DNA of 64,000 nt from Hemiscyllium ocellatum (Eukaryota), in assembly GCF_020745735.1 (NCBI RefSeq), contig NC_083435.1:24117231-24181230 (forward strand). The letters are read 5' to 3'. The translations under genes and the position numbers were made by a program. The notes under the pieces were generated by a model, which searched no databases, was not told the origin of the DNA, and saw only the letters and a program-made list of their open reading frames with translations. Below, in pieces: positions 1-9,335 of the stretch (positions are counted from its first letter, which is position 1; the number at the start of each line of letters is the position of its first letter).

Positions 1-18
1 TGCAGGACATGTCAGAGT

Positions 19-830
19 GTGGACACGGACACCACCATTACACGTGGGGACACGACCCACCGTGTACGCAGCAGGTCTGGCTGTAACACAATCTTTGTCT
101 CAGCCAGCGTTGTCTACCTCATACACTGCAGGCAAGGATGCCCCGAGGTAAGGTACATTGGGGAGACCAAGCAGACGCTACAACAACAGATGACACCACA
201 CAGCAATCACCAGGCAGGGGCGTTCCCTCCCAGTCGGGGAACACTTCAGCAGTCGGGGACATTTAGCCTCAGATCATCGAGTGACCATCCTCCAAGGAGG
301 ACTTTGGGATATACAACAACTCAGAGTGGCCGAGCAGAGGCTGATAACCCAAGTTCGGTCCCCATGGGAATGGCTTCAACCTGGACTACAGGTGACCCCA
401 CTACACAATACACACTCTCTCACACATACACAAACACTCTTACACACTCACACAGTCATGTAGATCCTCTCTCATACACAAGCTCTCTCTCATCCACACA
501 AACATACACCTCCCATACTCACACCCTCTCACAGGCTTATACTCCATCACATCCACATACACACTTTCACCAAGCTTTCACACATGCAAACACGCACTCT
601 CTCACTTTGACTCACACTCACCCACTCACATGCACATACCCTCGCTCTCTCTCTCTCTAAAAGACGTGCACACACATATTAGTCGATGGGGTGAATTTGT
701 ATTGGCAGAATTATATTTGCAGATACATTTTATTTTGCTCACAAAATGCATAATCTGCAGGCAGTCAATATATGTAACATTTTGTAAATTTCACTTTGGA
801 AATAGAACCAGTCTGACTCAAAATTGGGAT
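19..830 (+). mobile_element. Penelope-like element remnant (GIY-YIG endonuclease end plus CA-rich tail)
   Basis: The translation VVYLIHCRQGC...YIGETKQTL is a degenerate GIY-YIG motif. It is followed by a (CA)-rich tract and a tail that recurs inverted at ~19740-19830. Boundaries approximate. Confidence 0.75.
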
Positions 831-832
831 AT

Positions 833-962
833 GGGAGAAAGTGAGGAGTGCAGATGCTGGAGATCAGAGTCGAGAGTGTGGTGCTGGAAATGTGCAGCAG
901 GTCAGGCAGCATCCGAGGAGCAGGAGAATCGACATTTCGGGCATAAGCCCTTTTCCAGGAAA
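833..962 (-). mobile_element. Penelope terminal-repeat fragment with degenerate hammerhead
   Basis: The minus strand reads CTGGAAAAGGGCTTATGCCCGAAATGTCGATTCTCC, the same family as the 27600-27660 terminus. Confidence 0.6.
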
Positions 963-1204
963 GGTTGGGATACAGACAGACTCTAACCTCACACCTTTAA
1001 TGCATTGTCTGAGCTGAGTTGTCACCATTTGTTATGAAACCTTAAGTTATCTTGAAAAGGTGACTTAAAAGAAGTTCTGGGATTTAGATATTAATGAATC
1101 AAAATATTCTAAATGATGAAAGACTTAACAACAATCCAGGTTTGTTTAATATATCATTTTCAGTTGCATGACATTGTAATCTTTCATGATAAATGATGTG
1201 TCTT

Positions 1205-1345
1205 GGTCCTATTCTCCACAGCAACCTGATGATGGAGCAGCACTCTGAAAGCTAGTGATCCAAATAAACCTCTTGGACCAGAACCTGGTGTGGTGTGATT
1301 TTTAACTTTGTTCACCCCAGCCCAAGACCTCCACCTCCACATCAT
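1205..1345 (+). mobile_element. Penelope-type terminal repeat containing a hammerhead core (1223-1257)
   Basis: CTGATGA-T-GGAGC-AGC-ACTCT-GAAA-GCTA-GTG followed by CCAAATAAACC...CCTGGTGT. Related copies at ~2990, ~20215 and ~63089. Confidence 0.7.
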
Positions 1346-1672
1346 GCGCTCTGCTAATCTAGCAGCATCAACTGTTAATTGCAGGATAAGGCGAGCTCAG
1401 GCACTTTGCCCAGTCACTAGCCTCAGTCACATAGTGTCTGGACAGTGCTGGTTAGTAGCTGATAAGTAAATGTCTGTATACAAGAGGTTCTTGTAAAGGA
1501 AGAGCTGGGAAAGACTTCACTGTGAGGTATTTGTGCAGCTGCAAGTTCAACCACTTCACTGAGCCAGGGAACGTATGACAGACAGACACTAACATCAGAT
1601 TCAAAATGGGTTCCAGGCTTTTAGTATGTGACAAAATGACTGCTTTGGTTATGACAAATCTCCCAGCCCCTG

Positions 1673-1740
1673 ACTGAGTGTTGCAGACTGGCACATTCCA
1701 AGGTCCAGGACGATGTGCTGAGTGACCCAAGCTGAAGCCA
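1673..1740 (+). mobile_element. Short Tx1 ORF2 3' fragment
   Basis: GACTGAGTGTTGCAGACTGGCACATTCCAAGGTCCAGGAC is near-identical to ~9000-9040 and ~44870-44910. Confidence 0.75.
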
Positions 1741-2014
1741 AGAGGATGGGCATTTAATCCAATGATATCAACGACTGAATCTGTTCTCTGAATGTGAATG
1801 GCATCATCAACTGTGAATCTAACAAAGATTTGTGTGAACAAAACATACAAAATAGAAGAAAAAGTTTTGCGCTCTAGACAACAGCACCCTGTGCTGAACA
1901 CCAGCATCATAACCTAATAAGGCAGCCTGATGCAACTCTGCCCAGCAACACAGAGGTTAAAGCTCAAACTTTGAGTTTCCCAAATATGGGGGTGATTGTT
2001 CACCGATTGTCAAA

Positions 2015-2165
2015 CCGTCCAATCACAAAGCGCAATATCAACCAATCAGTGACATCAGCGGGGGTGCTTTATGCGCCAATCAGACGTGGGATTTACTGGA
2101 CCAATCAGAAAATGCCAGGCGCCAGCCGCCAGCGGCTCAGAACGATACAAAAGGAGGGGCGGGGT
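2015..2165 (+). promoter_or_regulatory. Cluster of four CCAAT boxes, CRE-like, TATA-like and GC box
   Basis: CCAATCA at 2019, 2042, 2076 and 2101, TGACATCA at ~2050, GATACAAAAG at ~2144, GGGGCGGGG at ~2156. No downstream exon identified. Confidence 0.4.
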
Positions 2166-2190
2166 GGGTGAGTGAGTGAGAGAGAGAGAC

Positions 2191-2484
2191 ATGGGGATGG
2201 GGATGGGGATGGGGATGGGGATGGGGATGGGGATGGGGATGGGGATGGGGTTGAGGATGAGGATGGGGTTGAGGATGAGGATGAGGATGGGAATGGGGAT
2301 GGGGATGGGGATGTGGATGAGGATGGGAATGGGAATGGGAATGGGAATGGGGATGGGGATGGGGATGGGGTTGAGGATGAGGATGGGGTTGAGGATGAGG
2401 ATGGGAATGGGGATGGGGATGGGGATGTGGATGAGGATGGGAATGGGAATGGGAATGGGAATGGGAATGGGGATGGGGATGGGG
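2191..2484. repeat. Hexamer microsatellite (GGGGAT/GGGAAT/GAGGAT)n
   Basis: Directly visible tandem hexamers. Confidence 0.97.
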
Positions 2485-2680
2485 AAGGGAAGTCCACTGG
2501 GAGGTGAAAGGACCGTGGGATTGCCAGAGATGCGTCCGTGATAATGCTGTTCATATGCAAGTTGAAACCTTAACCACTTTGATTCCTTTCCCCACAGGTC
2601 ACCGAAGGCGCCAGATTGTTTGCTGATCCCTGCCTGGGAGCTGGCTCTGGGTGTGAAAGACTCAACTCTACAATCAACCA

Positions 2681-2905
2681 CTGATCCTCAATCCGGGATC
2701 AAGGGCTGATCCTCAATCCGCGATCAAGGGCTGATCTTCAATCCGCGATCAAGGGCTGATCCTCAATCCGCGATCAAGGGCTGATCTTCAATCTGCGATC
2801 AAGGGCTGATCCTCATCCACGGTCAAGGGCTGATCCTCATCCACGATCAAGGGCTGATCTTCAATCCGGGATCAAGGGCTGATCCTCAATCCACGATCAA
2901 GGACT
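2681..2905. repeat. 25-bp tandem repeat, ~9 copies
   Basis: Unit CTGATCCTCAATCCGCGATCAAGGG. Confidence 0.92.
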
Positions 2906-3129
2906 GATTCCCAGCCCCGAACTATGTTCGCTGATGATTTGGAGACGCCGGTGTTTTTGGGACAAATTCTGTGTCTTGAATCACGACAACCACCTGAAGG
3001 AGCAGTGCTCTGAAAGCTTGTATTTCCAAATAAACCCTGTTGGACTATAACCTGGTGTTGGACGGTGTTTTTCGTTTAAACTTTTAATAGTTAGTACTAA
3101 AGTTTATTTGTAAGACTAGCAACATAAAT

Positions 3130-3340
3130 ATCTCATCTCGTCAGTGTGGAATGGATAGGTGGGAAGGAAAATGGACAGGTGGGACAGGTCAGGTGGACGG
3201 TCGGGTCTGAGATGAGGTGGGGGTTGGAAGATGAGGAAACGAATGAAGTCAACATTGATGCTGAGTGGTTGGAGGGTCCGAAGGCGGAGGATGAGGCATT
3301 GCTCCACCCAGGCGTGAGGTGGGCTGGATTACAATTACAA
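3130..3340 (-). mobile_element. Penelope-like endonuclease 3' end fragment
   Basis: Minus translation EQCLILRLRTLQPLSINVDF resembles LEEERLIFHLGTLQPHGIFVDF at ~27310-27370. Confidence 0.7.
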
Positions 3341-3439
3341 CATGCGAAAGACATCTGAATGGCTATATAGATAGGAAGGGTTCAGTGGGATAACGGCCAA
3401 GTGCTGGCAAATGGGACAAGATTAAATTAGGATATCTGG

Positions 3440-3950
3440 ATTACTGCGGAGCAGCTGTGCGGCAGAACAAAGTGGGCTGGAGACCTGGATCAGTGCGGGG
3501 CAGCTGTGAGCCAGCACACAGTGGACTGGAGGCCGAGTGTGGTGTGGTGTGGAGAGGCTGGGAGGCAGAACAGAGTGGGCTGGAGGGCTAGATTAGTGTG
3601 GAGCAGCTGTGATGTGAGGCAGAGGCCTGGATCAGTGTGGGGCAGCTGTGAGGCAGAACAGAGTGAGCCAGAGACCTGGATCAGTGCAGAGCAGCTGAGA
3701 GCTGAAGAGCCGATGGAGAGCCGCAACAGTCTCGAGTGGCTGAGAGCTGGATTGGAGCGTATTCGAGGCCTGTATCAGCACAGAATGGCTGAGTCCTGGA
3801 TGGGGCAGTATTCGAGGCCTGTGTCAGTACAGGATGGCTGAGGCCTGGATCAGTACAGAAAGGCTGAGAGCTGAATTGGAGCAGACTGGAGGCTTGGAGC
3901 AGAGCAAAAGCGGTAGTTGGACTGGAGGTGGTTGTGGAGCTGGGGGAAGC
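3440..3950. repeat. Degenerate G-rich minisatellite (GGAGCAGCTGTGAGGCAGAACAGAGTG...CCTGGATCAGTG units)
   Basis: Recurrent CCTGGATCAGT and GCAGCTGTG motifs at roughly 45-50 bp spacing. Confidence 0.7.
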
Positions 3951-3974
3951 TTGCTGTGAAGGTGAGAGGTACAT

Positions 3975-4310
3975 TCAAGTGGGTGGGGGTTGGGGAGCAT
4001 TGATGGGGATAGGTCAGTGTGGAGTGTGGAGTGGATAGGTGGGAAGGAAAATGGACAGGTGGGACAAGTCAAGTGGAGGGTCGGGTCTGAGATGAGGTGG
4101 GATGTGGAAGATGAGGAAACGAATTAAGTCACCATTGATGCTGCGTGGTTGGAGGGTCCGAAGGCGGAGAATGAGGCATTGCTCCCCCAAGGGGTGAGGT
4201 GGGCTGCATTGTGCACTTTGTAGCTCAGGGTGTTGATGCCCTTGCTTGGTAGGTTGGCGAAGAAGCAAATGGTGGTAAGACATGGAGCAGATGGTGACTG
4301 AGAGCAGTTA
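3975..4310 (-). mobile_element. Penelope-like endonuclease 3' end fragment (second copy)
   Basis: Near-copy of 3130-3340, translating EQCLILRLRTLQPRSINGDL. Confidence 0.7.
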
Positions 4311-4568
4311 AGAGGGAAGGTGTTTAAGTAACATGTTCAGAGATATAGTGAGGAAATGGAGGGAAATGGTCGCATATGCAGCAGAGGTTTGGTGGTCGCT
4401 TAATGGTTTTAAACTTTGAACTGCTCTTGCTTGGAGAGGGAAGAAAGGTATCCCAAAGACTGCCCGAACAAACCTGGACGTTAATGTAGCAGCGACAAGG
4501 CAAGTTACAGCATAACAGCACTGCCTACAGAAAACGTGTATTTCAGATTCTGTCATTGGTTTGTAAAT

Positions 4569-4695
4569 CAGGGGAGAGCGCGAACGCAGTCCCCCACTAC
4601 CACAAATTTTGCAGTCGAGTATCCCGCATTTGGGGACATCGCAGGCGTCAGTACACCCGAAGTGCAATGGGATAGCCTCGTCCTGGAAGCGGCAC
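4569..4695 (-). ncRNA. RNU1: U1 snRNA variant, 3' portion (~nt 38-164), disrupted gene
   Basis: Minus strand: GAGGCTATCCCATTGCACTTCGGGTGT...CTCGACTGCAAAATTTGTGGTAGTGGGGGACTGCGTTCGCGCTCTCCCCTG. Contains the U1A loop ATTGCAC, the Sm site and stem-loop IV of vertebrate U1. Confidence 0.95.
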
Positions 4696-5208
4696 TTTTT
4701 AAAAATTTCAAAATATACTTTATTCATAAATAAATCTTTGGTACCTGTACAATTTGTCATGTCATTGTGGGGCAGTGGGTACCCTCTGGTTCTCATTGGG
4801 TGGAGGGTGGACTTCGGAAGGTCCGTTATTTCCTGGTTGGGAGGAAATGCCCTCCTTTTTATCTACGGCGCTCTGTCTCTTCTGGTGTTGATGACCTTCT
4901 TTGCACCCGTCTTCCCCACCTGAAGAGCTGGCCATCTCTCCATCATGCAGCTGTCTTTTCCCCCTTTGCTGGGAGGCTTTGGGGGCCTGGCAGGATTTTC
5001 TCTTCCTGTTTTTAATAAGTATCTGCTCCTCTGCCTTCTCCATGACCTCCTCCTCCATTGCTTCCATCTGCCCAGCAAGAATCAGCTGCTGCCTCCTCCA
5101 CTCCAGCCTGTTCTTCTTTCTAGGTGCCAACAGTCTCCGTTTCCCTGCTGTCTGGGTGGACCTTGCTGGTCTTTGGGGGTCCATGGCTCACATTGCCACC
5201 TCCAGCCA
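4696..5208 (-). mobile_element. 5'-truncated Tx1-derived insert (ORF1 C-terminal fragment plus 3' tail) inside U1
   Basis: The ORF1 fragment is near-identical to ~6090-6530. The tail ends ATGAATAAAGTATATTTTGAAAT plus an A-run. Flanked by an imperfect 18-bp repeat of U1 sequence. About 430 bp is deleted relative to the 5572-7252 copy. Confidence 0.9.
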
Positions 5209-5263
5209 TCATCCTGGGAGCGCCACCACATATATCATGTCATCTCTCCTACCAGGTAAGTAT
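5209..5263 (-). ncRNA. RNU1: U1 snRNA variant, 5' portion (~nt 1-55)
   Basis: Minus strand: ATACTTACCTGGTAGGAGAGATGACATGAT...GGTGGCGCTCCCAGGATGA. The U1 5' splice-site-pairing end ATACTTACCTG is intact, while loop I is diverged. Confidence 0.9.
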
Positions 5264-5325
5264 GCTCAGCACTCACACTCGCTCACACCCCACAACAGCC
5301 GCTCCGTCTCACTCTCACACTCACT

Positions 5326-5470
5326 CACTTTTGCAACATCGAACATTCACTTACTCAACCTTCCCTGCCTGTCGATCAGCTTCATTCTTCAAATGGATCA
5401 CCGAATCTCTCCAGGACTCCCGTTTTACTCAAATCCCACCCACGGCTGCCCCTGCACTGCTTATCTGCAT
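5326..5470 (-). promoter_or_regulatory. Putative snRNA promoter: PSE-like element (~5326-5344) and octamer-like DSE ATGCAGAT (5463-5470)
   Basis: ATGCAGAT lies at about -200 and a ...GCAAAAGTG element at about -63 to -81 from U1 +1, matching the usual Pol II snRNA promoter layout. Confidence 0.5.
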
Positions 5471-5489
5471 GGAGCCCTTCAAAGGACGC

Positions 5490-5571
5490 GCAGTCGAGTA
5501 TCCTGCATGTGGGGACATCGCAGGCGTCAGCACACCCAAAGTGAATGGGATAGCCTCATCCTGGGAGCGGC
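5490..5571 (-). pseudogene. RNU1: Second U1 snRNA 3' half, truncated before the Sm site
   Basis: Minus strand: GCCGCTCCCAGGATGAGGCTATCCCATTCACTTTGGGTGTGCTGACGCCTGCGATGTCCCCACATGCAGGATACTCGACTGC. Confidence 0.9.
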
Positions 5572-7252
5572 TTTTTTTCATTTCAAAATATACTTTATTC
5601 ATAGAAATAAGTATAAATTTTAAGTATAAGTATAAATTCTTTGGTACCTGTACAATTTGTCATGTCGTTCATAGATATATACATTGCATGTCTTAACGTT
5701 ACAAAGAACAGATTGAATTAATCGAATTTACAATTATCCTATTTACAGTTCCCTTTATTAACCATCCAGTCTCTTATTATTTCGCTGTGGCTTCAGCGGA
5801 ACCCACCTAGTGAGTGGATGCCCTGTTATACGATAGCAAAGGAACCTTCTTTAACCACCAGTTTATGGGGTTACCATTGTCCATTTGACTGTCCTGTCTC
5901 TGGGGTAGCTGTCTGCATCCCCATGGTGAGCTCGAACTGCTGGACCTTTGCTGGGCTGAGGTAGCTATCCAGCTCCTCACTGGGGTCATTTACCCGCTCT
6001 GGTATCATTGAGCCAAGGCAAGGGTCCGCACCGTCCAGTTCTGTGTCTGACAATGGGACTGTCAGAGGATCACAGCTTTCAGTTACCTGTAGTTGTGGGG
6101 CAGTGGGTACCCTCTGGTTCTCATTGGGTGGAGGGTGGATTTCGGAAGGTCCGTTATTTCCTGGTTGGGAGGAAATGCCCTCCTTTTTATCTACGGCGCT
6201 CTGTCTCTTCTTCTGGTGTTGATGACCTTCTTTGCACCCGTCTTCCCCACCTGAAGAGCTGGCCATCTCTCCATCATGCAGCTGTCTTTTCCCCCTTTGC
6301 TGGGAGGCTTTGGGGGCCTGGCAGGATTTTCTCTTCCTGTTTTTAATAAGTATCTGCTCCTCTGCCTTCTCGATTACCTCCTCCTCCATTGCTTCCATCT
6401 GCCCAGCAAGAATCAGCTGCTGCCTCCTCCACTTCAGCCCGTTCTTCTTTCTGGGTGCCACCAGTCTCTGTTTCCCTGCTGTCTGGGTGGACCATGCTGG
6501 TCTTTGGGGGTCCATGGCTCACATTGCCATCTGTGCGTAAGTGGGGCTCCCCCGTCTTGGGCAGGTCTTGTACATGTGGCCCTCTCCACACAGGTTGCAG
6601 CTCTTTGCTTCCTAACAGTCCTTAGTCAGGTGACCCTCCTGTTTGCAATTCCTGCAGATGGTCACCTTACAATCCGCCCCCACTTGTCCCGCCTTCCCGC
6701 AGGTTCGGCACACTTTCGGCTGCCCTGCATATGTCAGGTAGCCTCTGCTCCCTCCAATTGCGAAGCTCGAGGGTGGGTGGAGAATGATTCCATTATCATC
6801 GACCCTCAGAGTTACCCTGACCTGCCGCTTACTGGTCCAGATCCCAAAGGGGTCGATCACATCGGTGGCTTCTCCCTCAACTTGGACGTACCTTCCCAGG
6901 AAGGTCAGGACATCAGCCGCTGGAACATAGGGGTTGTACATATGGATTGTAACAACCCGACTCCTCTGTGCAGGAAGCACACACAATGGGGCCACCGACA
7001 AGATGGAGAATAGCGGCTCCCCTTCCTTCTCCTTGGAGACCTTCAGGAGCTGCTCGCACAGCTTCACACTTCAGATGGTCACGTCGAAATACTCTGCCTC
7101 AGGGAAATCCAGCAGGCAGTACACATCCGCTGCGGCGAACCCACAGCATCCCAACAGCACTTTCTTAATAAACAGGATGCGATCGACCAGTGTATGACCC
7201 TCTACTTTCTTCACAGTCACCCTGACTGTGTTTCGAACCCCCTGTCCAGCCT
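5572..7252 (-). mobile_element. Tx1-derived element with ORF1 only (RRM-like region plus CCHC knuckles), own ~300-bp 3' UTR, joined to U1
   Basis: ORF1 runs from GVRNTVRV (~7240) through CRTC/CRNC/CNLC knuckles to a stop at 5871, with a nonsense codon at ~6612 and a frameshift. No ORF2 follows. The tail resembles the autonomous Tx1 tail, and the poly(A) abuts U1. Confidence 0.88.
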
Positions 7253-9335
7253 CTCAAAAATTGGAGACCAATCTCACTGTTGAATGCGGATTACAAAATC
7301 CTGTCAAAGGTAATCGCCAACCGGGTCAGGTCTGCTCTGGGGTCGGTGATTCACCCTGACCAAACCTGTGCTGTACCGGGCAGGAAGATCGCTGAGAGTC
7401 TCGCACTCCTCAGGGATATGATCGCCTACGTGAAGGACAGGGGGTTGGACACCTGTCTGATCAGCCTGGACCAGGAGAAAGCCTTTGACAGGATATCACA
7501 CAGGTATATGAGAGATGTTCTCTCCAAAATGGGCTTTGGGGAGGGAATCTGCAATTGGATCAGACTGCTCTACACCAACATCGTCAGTGCAGTCTCAATC
7601 AATGGGTGGGAATCAGATAGCTTCCCAGTCAGATCTGGAGTCAGGCAGGGCTGCCCTCTCTCTCTCCAGCCTTGTTTGTGTGCTGCATAAAGCCATTTGC
7701 CGAGTCCATCAGGAAGGATGTGAGCCTGAGAGGGGTGACTATTCCTGGCAGCGGGGGCCTGCAGGTTAAGGCCTCCCTGTACATGGATGACATCGCCGTT
7801 TTCTGCTCGGATCCGCTGTCCGTGCGCAGACTCATGTGCATTTGTGACCAGTTCGAACGGGCCTCAGGGGCCAAGGTAAACCGAGGCAAGAGCGAGGCCA
7901 TGCTCTTCGGGAACTGGGCCGACCAATCCTCGATCCCCTCCACCGTCAGGACCGACCACCTGAAGGTGCTGGGTATTTGGTTCGGGGGGGCTGGGGCGTG
8001 TGCCAAGTCTTGGGAGGAGCGTATCAGTAAAGTGAGGCAGAAACTGGGCAGATGGAGGCTACGGTTGCACTCCATCACGGGAAAAAAACTGGTCATCAGG
8101 TGTGAGGCACTGTCATTGCTATTATATGTGGCACAGGTCTGGCCTATTCCCAGAACCTGTGCCACTGCAGTCACCCGGGCCATCTTCCAGTTTATATGGA
8201 GTTCAAAGATGGACCGGGTCCGAAGGGACTCGCTGTACAAAGATCTGGCCAATGGGGAAAAAATACACCCAATGTCACCCTCACCCTGATGGCCACCTTT
8301 GTGTGTGGCTGCATCAAGCTGTGCGTGGATCCCCGGTACGCAAACACCAAGTGTCACTACGTACTGAGGTTCTACCTGTCCCCGGTGTTGGGAAGGATGG
8401 GCCTGGCCTCGCTGCCGCGGAACGCTCCGAGTAGTTGGACCGTTCCGTACCACCTGTCCTTCGTGGGGAAGTTTATGAAGAAAAACACCTTCGACCACAA
8501 GTCCATCAGGAAGTGGTCAGCACGTAGTATCCTCGAGACCCTTCGGGAAAAGGAGAGGGTGGATCCTGTTGAGTGGTTCCCTGAGCAGACTGTCAAAGCC
8601 ATTTGGCAGAATGCCTCATCGCCAGAACTTTCCAACAAGCACCAAGACATGGCTTGGCTGGTGGTGAGAAGGGCTCTACCTGTGAGATCGTTTATGCACG
8701 CCCGGACTCTCAGCCGCACCGCACGCTGCCCTCGAAGTGGCTGCGGGGGGGACGAGACTGTCACACACCTCCTTCTGGAATGTGCCTATGCAGAGGAAGT
8801 CTGGAGAGGAATGCAGTGGTGTTTGTCGAGGTTCGTCCCAAGCAGCGCCGTGACGCGGGACTCCATGCTCTACGGCCTGTTCCCCGGGACGCACATCGAG
8901 ACGAACATCAACTGCGCCTGGAGGATCATCAACTCGGTGAAGGACGCTCTCTGGGTGGTCCGAAACCTGTTGATCTTCCAGCTGAAGGAGTTGACCCTGA
9001 CTGAGTGTTGCAGACTGGCACATTCCAAGGTCCAGGACTACGTGTTGAGGGACGCGCTGAAGCTTGGGGCAGCTGCAGCCAAGGCGCAGTGGGGAAAGAC
9101 CACCGTTTAACATCTGCCTGTCGAAAGAAGATCAGGGGGCCCATGCAGTCATTTGGGCTCTGCTGATGCCTCAGCTCAATATATGGGCATATGAGTGAGA
9201 AATGCACAGACCTGTATATAATAATGATAAATTCTGATCTCTGTATGTAAGTGTTTACATATGTACGGCATGACCAACTGTACAGACCATCAAATTATTT
9301 TATGAATAAAGTATATTTTTGAAATAATAAAAAAA
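7253..9335 (+). mobile_element. 5'-truncated Tx1 non-LTR retrotransposon (RT with YMDD, C-terminal zinc finger, 3' UTR, poly A)
   Basis: KNWRPISLLNADYKILSK, SLDQEKAFD, GVRQGCPLS, LYMDD and CGGDETVTHLLLEC motifs, with frameshifts. AATAAA and an A tail end at 9335. Confidence 0.95.

Noticed and set aside
2055-2681. Long ORFs in several frames (PIPIPI, GDGDGD, MGMGMG)
   Set aside because: Translations of a hexamer microsatellite, with no coding evidence.
2681-2905. Regularly spaced 25-bp repeats resembling a CRISPR array
   Set aside because: Head-to-tail tandem units with no unique spacers, no cas genes, and vertebrate DNA.
4569-5263. SINEU-like element (U1-derived SINE head)
   Set aside because: U1 is present as complementary 5' and 3' halves on both sides of the insert, with a duplicated overlap and upstream promoter-like motifs. 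That fits insertion into U1 rather than a U1-headed SINE.
7641-9207. Long antisense ORFs over Tx1 (also 43473-44985)
   Set aside because: Shadow frames of GC-rich ORF2, interrupted differently in each copy.
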